Shown here: positions 27,601 to 39,200 of the stretch, piece by piece
Numbering within the stretch: the first letter of the stretch is position 1
How the letters are laid out: the number at the start of each line of letters is the position of its first letter
Assembly (NCBI RefSeq): GCF_964204645.1
Contig: NC_134035.1
Span: 5,332,001-5,396,000 of the forward strand
DNA: 64,000 nt
Direction: 5' to 3'
From: Tubulanus polymorphus
Lineage: Eukaryota; Animalia; Nemertea
The notes under the pieces: model-generated
Told to the model about the DNA's origin: nothing
Database searches by the model: none
What the model saw: only the letters and a program-made list of their open reading frames with translations
Translations under genes and position numbers: made by a program

Positions 27601-28567
27601 GGTTCATTTTCAGGTCGTTTTCCAGTAAGATTTTCTTCTTCAACGGACTGTTTTTCATTATCTTGTTGTTGTACAATTGGTTGTTTATTCGGTCGAACAC
27701 TTTTCACCGGCGACGACGTAGCACTTTCAGGATCTGACGATTCTACAATCGAACAGCAAATATTGGATATACGGACAATACAGATACCAAATTTTGAAAT
27801 TCTTGTTGCGCAGTTTTATGAGTAGGGGAGATCTGTGAATAAATAGATAGATACCTTCACCCATATGAACGATAACAGGATTGATTCTCGGAGGGGACGG
27901 AATCCTCGGTTCTTCGGGAATCGCAAGTGGAATCTGTACTAAATTACTCGTTACAATCCGTCTTCCGGGGCCTGAAATCAAACATCGAAGACGCGTGTCA
28001 GCAAAATCTACCAAATCTGAAAAGCCTGTATTTTTTTAAATATTTTCAACTGCAATTGATCCTGGGGAGATACCTGATTGAGAAGGAGGCTGCTGCACGC
28101 TCGGTGTATTCTTGTGTTTGTACAGACAATGAGGCCTAAGACAACCGCCGGGCTGCGTTTCCCAGAAACACGCCATTTCACCTCGATTACGATTTATCGG
28201 CTGAAAAACAGTTCAAACAAATCGATAAATACACGTTTGCTCAGATGCTTATTTTTGTGCCGCGATCGCTGTGGAAAATGAAAAGCTCCTCTCACCTGAG
28301 GTGTGTGTATATCAGCGTGTCTGAATGGGCACCTGATTTGATCGCAAATACCCATCTTCCATTGATCGCAAACCATTTCACTTCCGAGAGCTTCGCGACA
28401 ATGCCGATATTGACACGCCGTACCCTGTTAACATAGAACAGCGCGTAAATTTTTTCATCGACACTTTCTATTAGAAGTAATTAGAAGTCGGAAGAATCGA
28501 ATGTCTAATATACCTTCGTGCATTGAGCATTATAGAAGTAATAGCAATCATCTCCGAGTAAAGACAT
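21689..28567 (-). CDS. ZC3H11A: Zinc finger CCCH domain-containing protein 11A orthologue, ~1318 aa, 18 coding exons: 28567-28514, 28424-28296, 28200-28074, 27971-27855, 27742-27593, 27498-27076, 26765-26637, 26562-26497, 26409-26311, 25875-24980, 24621-24577, 24481-24121, 24027-23953, 23861-23718, 23476-23394, 23307-23094, 22824-22140, 21848-21689
   Basis: N-terminal triple CCCH: GDDCYYFYNAQCTKGTACQYRH, VCDQWKMGICDQIRCPFRH, CFWETQPGGCLRPHCLYKH. Also repeated KS(L/F)A(E/Q)I motifs and acidic C-terminus DDDFLLEIEEMLA*. All junctions are GT-AG and phase-consistent; internal boundaries are less certain than the termini. Confidence 0.88.
21960..22100. mobile_element. Palindromic MITE-like element in the last ZC3H11A intron
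   Basis: Arms AATGAGCAAAACCCACAGTCGATGA / TCATCAACTGTGGGTTTTGTTCATT plus inner GTTTTGACT / AGTCAAAAC. Confidence 0.75.
23552..23677. mobile_element. MITE family A, copy 2
   Basis: GGGGTCAGTTACTCAAAAGTTG...CTGGCCCC, similar to 18834-18961. Confidence 0.75.
24858..24956. mobile_element. PIF/Harbinger-type MITE, 99 bp
   Basis: Perfect 26-bp TIRs GGGATCATTCATTTATTACGTACGCA / TGCGTACGTAATAAATGAATGATCCC with TTA on both flanks. Confidence 0.88.
25915..26245 (+). mobile_element. Degraded copy of the 29308-29681 element
   Basis: Shares GGATAT..GGAG(G)TTTTCAAG, AAAATTTCAAATTTC, AAAATATCCTGGTC.CAAC.CCACC and TTTGCTTATTTCTCAAAA in the same order. Confidence 0.7.
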
Positions 28568-28899
28568 CTTTAAAACTGAGATTTAACGTCACATGAACAG
28601 TAATTAAACTAGTAACATTTCACCGCGTTCTTCTTGAGCTGCAGGTTCTTCTACAAATGTATGTATCGTAGCGGGTTCTTCTGTGATGTTCCACTGGTTC
28701 TTCTACGAACGTGTCGTAATTTTCTTCAGCGAATTTTCTCTTATCGACGCGTCAGTAAACCTGGAAACAACAACAATTATCCAAACCAGTTGATGATCTG
28801 AAAAATACATACGAAAATCATAGTCAACTAAAGTCGAATAATGACAGCCTTCTTATTTTCGATGATATCAACAAATCATAATTGATTAACATCAATAAT

Positions 28900-29130
28900 T
28901 AAATAATAAATCAATAATCAAAATAATGATTGGTCATATAAATCTGCCCCCCTTGAGATACAATTTGATTTTAAGATCACAGCACAGCCAGTACATACAT
29001 TACAAATGACAAGCGGCCAATACTACGTCTTCTTCAGCCAATCAGCACCATCTTCAACTATTTCTCTGACGGGGGAGGAATTCCGACGAACAAACAACAC
29101 CCGCGAACTTCTCCACGAACCACCAATTTA
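28900..29130 (-). promoter_or_regulatory. Candidate proximal promoter of ZC3H11A (CCAAT cluster)
   Basis: ATTGG 28929, CCAAT 29017 and 29038, a few hundred bp upstream of the ATG and of a 5'UTR acceptor near 28761. Confidence 0.4.
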
Positions 29131-29307
29131 CAAGATATTATCATTTCTTATTAGATTTTGCAACAATAATAATTTGTATCAATATCTTCGCTATATATAT
29201 AAGAAAATCATAACATTTTCACTTGTAAATATTTGACAGAAAAGGATCTTGTTTTGTTGTTGAAATCGAGATGAATTTAACTTTTATTATAAATTTCTCT
29301 ATACATA

Positions 29308-29681
29308 CAGGGTCCCTACAGATCAGTCATTCTTGGATATAAGGAGTTTTCAAGAAAATTTCAAATTTCCATGAAGTGTCTTCATCACATTAATGGCCCA
29401 ATTACAGTCCTAATTCAGTACTGATTTTTCTGTAAACAGTTCAGTGGGTTTGCAAGCAAATTTTTAAACTTGACACTACTGAACTCGGTTTCTAGTTAAC
29501 TGCCTAATTGGTGAAAAAATATCCTGGTCCCAACGCCACCAATTTAGCTGTAATCTATAACAACTTCTACTGCGGTATTTGCTTATTTCTCAAAATAGAA
29601 GGGGTTTTAAAGGAATTTTCTAACATTAAAGCTCACATTTTGCCCATATTAAAGGAGTTTCAACGAGTTGTAGGGACCCTG
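29308..29681. mobile_element. Non-autonomous TIR element, ~374 bp
   Basis: 13-bp TIRs CAGGGTCCCTACA / TGTAGGGACCCTG; second copy at 25915-26245; no clear TSD. Confidence 0.75.
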
Positions 29682-30522
29682 ATTCTGATATAAGTTTGCT
29701 GATTTTCACCAAACTTTTCGAAATACAAGCAAGTTACACTTTCATGGCATATTGCCCATTCGTCTTAAATTTCTAAGATCAACGTAGGCCCTATAGTAAG
29801 ATTTTCCAGAAATAAAGCGTTGAATTAGTGGACAAAGCAACTGTATTTTTCATCAACCACCTGACCATTGAGAAAATATTCCACTCTAGCTCATCCAACA
29901 ATTGAAAATAAAATGCAATAAGTGGCACCTCATTCCAGTGAAGCTTTAGTTGTGGGTTACCCCACTTGTAGCACATTTGAGAAAGTTTAGTCAAAAGTTT
30001 TAGTCAAAAAAGGGAAATAATTTTTGACCATTCTTTCGTTCTAAGGAATGGGGTTCCACGGTGTAAACTTATTACAGTCGACTACTCTGCCCTACTGGGT
30101 ACCCGTCTACCCCACTCCCGAGTATATGCCAATAAAGATTCATTTGTCTGATATGACTTTCAATATTGCCAACTCTAAAACGAATCCACAGACACGAACG
30201 ACCGAGTGAGGCTTAGTCAACTGTAGGCACTACATTCATAGGAATTACAAATACAAATACATACATTAAATGGACATTTTTTGTTGATATTTTCAGACCT
30301 GTTACCCGACATTTCACGATGAAGATTTAAAATCTGTTTTTTAAACCACACCATATCAACAGATTTCAAATGATCCTTTTGAGTCAAGAAATCCTCAAAA
30401 CCAAGTTCCACAATTCAAATTTGACTTGATTAAAACCATTATAGAATTTAATAGTTCAATACTCAAACATATAGGCCTAAGTGTGGACTCAAACTAACTC
30501 ATAACTGTGGAACTGGGTTTCT

Positions 30523-30651
30523 GCGGCCTGTTGTTCAAAAGTTGGTTAGAGTTAACCAGCAGATAGTTGACATAGTTACAATTGAAAGTTCATTGCTACA
30601 ATGGTATCTATCGGCCGGTTATCTTTAACCAACTTTTGAGCAACTGGCCCC
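30523..30651. mobile_element. MITE family A, copy 3, adjacent to a family-B-like element at ~30402-30517
   Basis: GGCCTGTTGTTCAAAAGTTGGTTAGAG...CTTTAACCAACTTTTGAGCAACTGGCCCC. Confidence 0.8.
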
Positions 30652-31003
30652 TGGTTGTTAAAATTAGTTCTAAAAAAAAGCTCTTTCAAATAATAATTTT
30701 TGAACATTTTTTCAAACTTACACAAACAAGTTTTTTTAAGTTTTTCAAAGATAAGTTCACTTTTGGTAAAGGAAGATTTACTATCACAATTGATTCTCAT
30801 TTTTAATGAATGAAATATTTGTGAAACCTTTTCTTCGATTGGTATGGATTTTACTGACTTATTCATCCTAAGAATCTTTAAGAAGAAACACAACATAGTT
30901 TTTTACAACCTTACAAAAAGATCTGTTCGAATGATTGATACTTTACGCTACCACGACATTAAGACGATGTGAAAAGACATAATTTAGTATTTCTGTTCCC
31001 CGC

Positions 31004-31101
31004 ACAACAATGCAACGGAGAGGAGCAGGTTGGAGTCTTTTTACTTTTTGATACAACAATGCAACGGAGAGGAGCAGGTTGGAGTCTTTTTACTTTTTGA
31101 T
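31004..31101. repeat. Perfect 49-bp tandem duplication
   Basis: ACAACAATGCAACGGAGAGGAGCAGGTTGGAGTCTTTTTACTTTTTGAT at 31004 and 31053. Confidence 0.95.
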
Positions 31102-32439
31102 GGATTTATTCATGGAACAGTGAAAAAGGGGTCAAGCACTGGGGACCTCTTACTCAACTTTCAGAGATATATCCTTATTTTTTCAAAACAGCAACCGACA
31201 CAACGTCCCCACAACAGCAACTGCAACTCTCAGCAGGCCTGCAGTCGGCGTCAGGGATCGTGGAGAGAGAGGAAACGCCAGTCCGCTCCTCCAGTCCCTG
31301 TCCCTCCCATCACACATTCACGACCTGTTTTCACGGCTAATGCCAACTCGACACGTTTCCAATCAAACATATTTACCTTGTACACGTATTACTTTTATCG
31401 GTTATCTATTTCATTAGGCCTTATTACCTCAAAATCGGCGAGAAAAGAGGTTTTATCGGAGACAAAAAAACGCAAAAAAATTGCTGATCGAAGCTCTCAG
31501 AAATCCATTTCCGGCTGGAGTTAAATTCATCACCTGAAACGACGATGTCCACATCTTTTATTCGATGAAGGTTAAAACTGGACCTTTTTACTTGAATTCT
31601 TAGAAGATTCATATACAAACAGCTTTAACCGAACAGGCCTAAGAACAATATCATTATTTATGCGTTTGATGCGCAAGGAATGGAAAACAATCTTTTTTCA
31701 AATCAATGAAAATTTATTTCTGAATGGTCGTTTTGAAATTGTGTTTGTTACATCAAAATCGCATAAGCATTTTTACCTACCTAGATACTAATGATCTTTG
31801 AAAGCGGTCCAAACTGGTGCTGGTTTGATTTTTTAATATTCGGCCGCTGACCACTTAAGTTTCAAAAACCTCAGAAATTCAATTTTCCGGGTGTGCGCTT
31901 TTCACCAAGTTTCGACTATGACATATCAAATATGTAATTTTCAATCTAAAAATCTGACTCTTTATTTCGGTTTATCTATAGTATGGGGCTTTTATTAATT
32001 ATCGACACTATCCTCCAGCGTAGTTTCCGTTACAATAGAGGACTCGTTATTGGATCTTGTACGCGATTGCCAATGACGTCACCTCTACGTCATTGATAAT
32101 AACATGTAGCGCTCTGACTATTCCTCTCGATTTAGCATAAATCTTCAGTTTATGCCTCTCTGGACACAATAGAAGCACACCCCAAAAAATCTATCAAAAA
32201 TTAATTTCATATCATTCATCAAAGAGAAGCCTACTAACTAATTAGCTATCACATCAAAGATGATTTTACAGTAGAATCACGACTATCGGATCGAAGTGGA
32301 TACACACGTTAAATTGTGAAATACCCCGGTACCAGCGTTTTGGGTTTTCTCGGAATGGGAAATTTGGTTTAGAAAAAACCATATAACTAAATATTTCATT
32401 GATCATTTGCCTAGATGTAGCCATTCGAGAGGGAATTTC

Positions 32440-32930
32440 CACGGCCACGTGCTGATATTATTATTTACAAATGACGAGGGCTGACGTCATCGACTGTCGC
32501 GTCTGGTATTTAGTAACGACAAAGAACCGATGGAAACTACCGAGTCCAAGCTCAGTGCGGGCTTCAACTAAATTCACTATTATTATCCATCTTCGTAGTC
32601 GGGTAATTACTCATTTTCGCATTAATTTCTTCGTTAATTTCTCTAGAATTGAATGATATCACCCGTTTCGATAAGCTTCACATAGAAATGGTTTGATTTA
32701 GGGATTTTTGATGGCCGTTGTCGGGCCGCATTGTATTGTAGGACACAAAATGGCGCCGGGCGGCGGCGGCGTCTCCGGCCGGGTAGTGACGTGACGCGCG
32801 CGCGCGAACCATCCTTCTATTTAATTAATTCACGATGGGCCACTTTTATTACATGGTTCTTCTGGTCGAAACTATTTGACTCGTTGGAAGCCAATCAGAA
32901 TCAAACCACCCTATATCTGCCCATAAAATT
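32440..32930. promoter_or_regulatory. GC/CpG-rich promoter-like region upstream of the multi-HTH gene, possibly bidirectional
   Basis: CACGTG ~32446, TGACGTCA 32482 (also 32074), YY1-type CAAAATGGCG 32746, GC-rich run 32750-32810, CCAAT 32891. Confidence 0.55.
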
Positions 32931-33296
32931 TCCCCCTTTCCTATTTATGATGTATTATTATTGACCGATTTATGATTTAAAAATAAAATTTCAAGAAAAT
33001 TAACGCATAAAATACTACAGAAAAAAAAACGTTTAAATTAAAAAATTAGCTTCTTTTTTTCTAAGTCAAATAGTCAATTTTTTGACTGGCCCCAAGTAAA
33101 AGAGACTTTAATTTTTGAGTTAAAGAAGATCGTAGGCTAGTTTTCATGTCATTCAACTAAGAAAATATCTTGAAAAATAATAAACTGGTCAGAACATTTT
33201 GGAGCCATCCTCCCTTATTGGGTGGCTCCAGGTGTAGTTGAAATGTTGATGTTGGATGCCTAAGGTTAATATATAATTCATTTTGTATTTAGAACA

Positions 33297-36200
33297 ATGG
33301 AATCAATGGATCCTGAAAAGACGACAATTTCTGCTGAACCGACTGAAGTCACAGCAGCGCCACCTATTGAACAAAACGAACCTGACAAATTAGAGAGTGC
33401 GTTGGCGGCCATATTCGAAGACAATGTCACGGTTTACGAGGCGGAGGCTTCATTCGGTATTTCGAAAAGCGTCATTTGCGATTGGATCGCCGGTAAATCG
33501 AAACTGTCGGAACCGGTTTTTACCGATGAGGAAGAAATGGCGGTGGTCGAAATCGTCGCGAACGGGCAATTAACGAGTCAACAGATAATACAGTCGGCTC
33601 AAACCAAGGCGACCGAGCTGTCAAAAATACAAACGCCCGGTTATCGGTGGTACGCCACGTTCGTCAATCGATGGCCCGAGTTGAATCTGACGAGACCGAA
33701 AATACGAGTCGTCGTCGACGACGATGGAGTTGAGCAGGTCGTCGAGGGTGATGACGATTCGGCGCTCGTCCCGTCGAATGTAATCGCGCAAGCGTTGATG
33801 GAATCAGGAATCATAGAGGAGGGAGCGTCGACGAGCGGACAAGTCGGCATGGACGCTGCCACCGCAGATGCGCAAACAGCGGAAGAGCAAACGGAACAGA
33901 TATATATAGTATCTGAGGCGACACCGGCGTTACCGACGGAAACGGATGCCGCGGCGACGACGGCTCAGCAACCACCCATCGAAGAGATTCCGGTCGTGGA
34001 ATCGGAGATCCAGGAGAGTGCAGAGAATCAGGGGACGGCAACTGTGGAAAATATCGAGATGACGCCCGTCGAGGCGCAGCAGTATATACAGCTTCCCGAC
34101 GGTACGTTCCAATTACCGGAGGGAGCCATCGAGGTACACGGCGACCAGGCGGTGTTAGTCACCGATCAGCAGCACGAATCTCACGTCAACATGGAGGGAA
34201 TCAATATAGAAGATTCCGTTCCAATTCATGTCGGTCCCGGTACGGATTTATCGCAGTTCGAGGACGGCACGGTGATAGTGGGAGAGGACAACGTCACATA
34301 TATCATCCGTCACGAGCAGGTGCCTGCGGAGACCGAACAGACTGCCGGAGTCGAGATGCCGATCGTTGAAATGCCAATGGAATCGACGCCAGGAATCGTC
34401 GAACCGAATGAATCGACGGTGATCATGACGACCGTAGATAAAGATCATAACGTCAGCATGGAGGGAATCGCTACGAATCAATCGGCAACGGGTCCCGTGA
34501 CGAATATACTGACGGCTACGGACAGCGACGGGGTGACGAAATTCGTTATCAAAATGGACGACACCGGTAACGCCGAGGACAACCAGTCATTCGCGTTACA
34601 GCAACTCGCCGACGCTGTTCTCGAGAATTACCCGACGACGGTGATCAGCTCTCCGTCGTCGTCGAAGATCGAGTCGTCTCGAATCGCGCCAACGATCGTA
34701 ACGCCGGCGCGCACGTTGAGCATGTCAACAACCGTCAGCGGGGCGGGCGCCGCGGTCGTCGTGGGTAAACCGAACATCCTGAAACGCGACGCGATGCCGC
34801 CGGCTCGCGTGGTCGCGTCGGCGCGCGTGGCGACCGTCACGCGTCCGGCGTATAAACCGGTTGCGCGTATGAACAAGAAGGGTTCCGGCGAGCCGTACGT
34901 GCCCGAACCGATACCGTGCGAAGACCCGCAGCCAACGCCCGGCACGCACATCTACGACCCGTTCACGATGGCGCAAGAACGCGCGCTCGTTCAGAAGATC
35001 GTGTCGCGTTGGAATCGTTTGAACATCACCGATCGCGACGTGTTGAACATGGGTAAAGATCTAGCGGTCGAGATGAACTTCGATCCGGAGAGTTTACCGA
35101 CGTGGAAATGGGTCGATAGTTTCATCGATCGTTGGCCGGAAATGATAATCATCGAACGAGTGCCGAAAGATCGTCGATACGTGCGGCCGCCTCCGCCGCA
35201 ACCTCGCGATCGCTCGACGCCGATAATGACGCCGGGCGTGCTGGCGCAGAAAGGTCGCGGGCGCGGTCGACCGACGTCAGCCGGCGGTCCGCAGACGAGC
35301 AAGAAGATATTCACCATGGAAGAGGAGAAACTGTTGACGAATATAATCAAAGCGATGCGCGAGGAAGGCCGCGTGACAATGAGCGATATTCTACGCGCCG
35401 CAGCCGAATTGGCGAAAGAGTTCAATCGACCGGCGCCGAGTCGCGATTGGTATTACCAGTTCGTCGCTCGCTGGCCAGAAATCGGTATGCCGATTTGTAA
35501 GAAATTCGGACTGTGCGACAATCGACGCAAATCGCAAGGGGGCAAAACGGTCGCCGCGACGAAAACCGACCCGAAAACTATGGAAACCGTGTTCGTGAAC
35601 GTTTCGAATAAACTTCAAATCGAACCGAATCAGGAATTGTTGGCCGACATTTCGTCGGACGGCTCACGTAAACGTAAACTCGAAGATCCCGATCTGTTCT
35701 CGCCAGATACGCCCGATTACGACGGCCCACCGATGAAAAGGGGTGTCGGCCGACCGAAGGGTTTCACTACAAAGAGGATGTCGCCAAGAGCTCCATCTCC
35801 ATGTGAGTATTACGACTATTACTTCACACTAATTGATTATTGAAAGTGAAGCTTTAGAATTGAAATACAATTTTGATCTGCTTTGATAAAAGTTCAGTAA
35901 TATTTCTTTGAAATTAAGCATGGTTCCCACAGTGCAGGCAAATTGGGAAATATTTGGGAATTAGAGAAATTTTTCTCTGACCAGAGAAATATTTGGGAAA
36001 TTCATTTTCCTGGTACTGTTCACTTTTGCGGAAATGGAAATATACAATCGAAATTTCGCGGAGTTTAGACTTGACAAATTTCTTAATCTTTGAAACAAAT
36101 GAACAACGATGCAGGGTATGTGAGGTTATTATACTTAAATTTTCAGCGGCCGCTAAACGTCGATGCGCGTGGAGAGACGAACAGCTGGTCGCTGCGGTGA

Positions 36201-39200
36201 ACGCGTTGATGGAAGGAGGACGAATGAAAGAGGTTTCGTTGCGTTTCTGTATCCCGCAATCGACGCTGTTCGATTACGCGCACGAACGCAAGAAATGTTT
36301 GTTCACGCCGAGTCAAGAAACGCAGATCGTGAAATTAGTGTCGGATAAATATAAAACGCAGGATAAGAGATTGACGGTTCAAAAGGTTTGTATTCGAAGA
36401 TAGAGAATCCCTACCACCACACCCCTGCTAAAAACTCTCTTAGATGTTCTCCTGTTCGAGGGATCTGCTTCTGGTTTACTCAGCAGTTGTAATTTAAGTA
36501 CAACTGGGTGGCCGCTTAGCTGACAAAAGTTAGTGAAATTTCTTTACTTAAAAAAAGTCAGGGAATTTGATTTTTAAAAAAGCTCTAAGTCAGGGAAATT
36601 TATTAAAATCAAACAGTTTCCATGTATATCTTCGTATTTGACTGTGTTTATTGATTGGAAAACATGTCCAGGAATTATCCAAAAAAAGTACATCAAATAA
36701 ATGTGGCCACCCTGTCTAAAAACATTGTTTCTTCGGTGGTAAGAACAAAAAAACTGGACTTAAATCTAAATCATAACTCGGTCATCGGTAGGAGGCCAAA
36801 CTAGCGATTCACGTTGAGTTATCGTTTGTTTAATTCCAGGTTTGCGAGCTGGCGTCCACAGTCGGCGAGACCAAGTTCAAAATCGGTCCGCTCTGGTATA
36901 AAAACTTCGCCAAACGAAACGAGGAGGTGAAAAACTACGTGGAAGAAGACGCGCTGGCGAGTGAGGAAGAGGCGGAGAAACGCAAGACGAAAGAGGAGAA
37001 TAATTTTGAATCGGGCGCGGAAGAGGAAGAAGATGATGACGAAGATATGGAAGTTCCGGCTGATGAGGATGGTAAATAGATTTGATTTTTTGAATCACCT
37101 GTCTAACTCCAAGAACAGTTTACGATTCATCAGTTTTACCAATTTGGATAGTAGAAATGTGTCCTGTTTAAGAGATTATATGCGATTATTAACTTGCATC
37201 ATATTTAAGATCAGATAAACATTTCAACAAATACCCGATTATCTCCTTTTAGCGGTGTCTACCATTAAAGCTAATTTTCAACTGTTTTAGGGTCACCTGT
37301 AAACGGTGTATTGTGTATATTTTCAGCTGATAGCGATGATAACGGAGAAATGGATGAAGACTTCCAGTACACTCCCAGACGTAACGCGCGCGGCGCCGGT
37401 AAGAGGAGTATCAAACCTAACAGGGCTTACGGCGACGATTTCATATCAGCTTTATCTACTCCTATCGGACGTAAGTACAATCATTGAAATGGACTGAAAA
37501 TTATTGAATTTTAAGTATGGACCGATTTATGGACCGAGTTTGATTCGTCATAGAGAAATTTGACTTATCGTTTTTGGAATTTATCATTTTCGACAGGAAA
37601 AAATTCGAAAAGCTCCGACGATACTCCCGTCAAAAAACAACATGCCGTCAAAGAGGAGAAAGGTGAAAAATCGGCGACTGATGCTGATCGAAGCGGTAGT
37701 CCCAGTAAGTTCAGATGCACCGCACCTAGAGCGTCCTCTATTGCCGCAGTAGCATTCGCGGTTCCCGTGCACGTTCTACCTTTTACTAGTGAACACATAC
37801 GAACCAAAACTAAAATAGCAGTTAGATTCGAATTCATTGATGAATGAAAACCAAAAAAAAACAATGATTTTCAGGTTTTTGGAAGCGCACGACGTGGACC
37901 CCGTCGAACATGTTGAAAGCGATGGCCGCCGTCGAGAAGCATAAAATGCTGCGGTCGGAGGTGTCGAAAAAATACGGCATCCCGACGTCGACGCTGGGAG
38001 ATTACCTCGAGGGACGGTCGAGTCGGCAGAAACTTCACGACGCCGTGAACAGCTCGAAGAAATCCGGCAAAAAAAGAGATGCCAAACCGAAAGGTAGGTA
38101 ACGAAATTCATGTTGTAATGGTGTTAGTGTAGTGTATAAATGGTTCCATGAAATGTGTTCACTAGTTGAGGTAGATCATTGCTCTGTTAATGGTTCCATG
38201 AAATGTGTTCACAAGTTGCTGTTGATAATTATCGCAGTCATTGAAATTACCAGACCTAGTTCCACAGTTCTGAATATTCCATTTATCGCAACTGATTTTC
38301 GTTGAAACTTATGATTTTTGGGTCGCTGCGGTTAGGATTTGCCCATTGGAACTAGGTTCAAATTAGTGTGCGTAATATCTTGTCGAAAGATGTAAATTGA
38401 TTTACAATAGGAATTAAATTGAAAAAAGGGCTGCATTTGAATGATCTGAGTTTTGAATTTAAATGGACTAATGTGCCAGATTTTCACTCTTGTATCCCAA
38501 ATACTTGGTTCACATTGTAACGCAGTAGTGCGGTGTTCTGGATTTCAGAAGAAAAGAAATGGAAGGACGCCGATTTACAAAAGGCAGAAGACGCCGTGAA
38601 GTTCGATTCAGTACCGCTGAAAGAGGCAGCGAACAAATATTCAGTACCGCTGTCTGTACTTTATGAACGAGTTTCTGGAAAACAGTTGTTTAGTGTGGCT
38701 GAAGAGAGAGAAGTGAGTACCGTGTACTGTAGTCATAGAAATTAATCAATTTAACCCATACTCAATCAGCAGCCATTTTAACTCGAAATCAATGGTTCAA
38801 TAATCCCCTGGGATGAGATTAGTCCAAAAATGATCTTAACTCTTGGGTTGTTAGATACAGAATTCTATGAGCTATGGTCTATAGAGCTAAGTTGGTCATA
38901 GACTATTCTTAGGTCTTAGCCATGACAATGGAACCAACCCCTGGGCTCAGTTTATAGTTGATACTTGCGTCCAAAAATCAGGATCGCAGTCCATTTGTTC
39001 ACTACAGGAAAATTACTTTCAATCCCGATTTCCCGCGAACCGGATGGATTTTATTGGTCTCAGATGATCCGAATTTTGCGGAATCTACGGGGTATAAATG
39101 AATAACGATGTAACGTTTGTCGATTCAGGTTTGCCGATCGATTAAAGAACTGAAAGAACAACTGAAACGCAAAGTCTCCATCGACGAAGTGCTCATGTTC

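Noticed and set aside
31030-31524. 164-aa ORF as a protein-coding gene
   Set aside because: Non-ATG start inside a tandem duplication, no recognisable domain, no coding-like codon bias.
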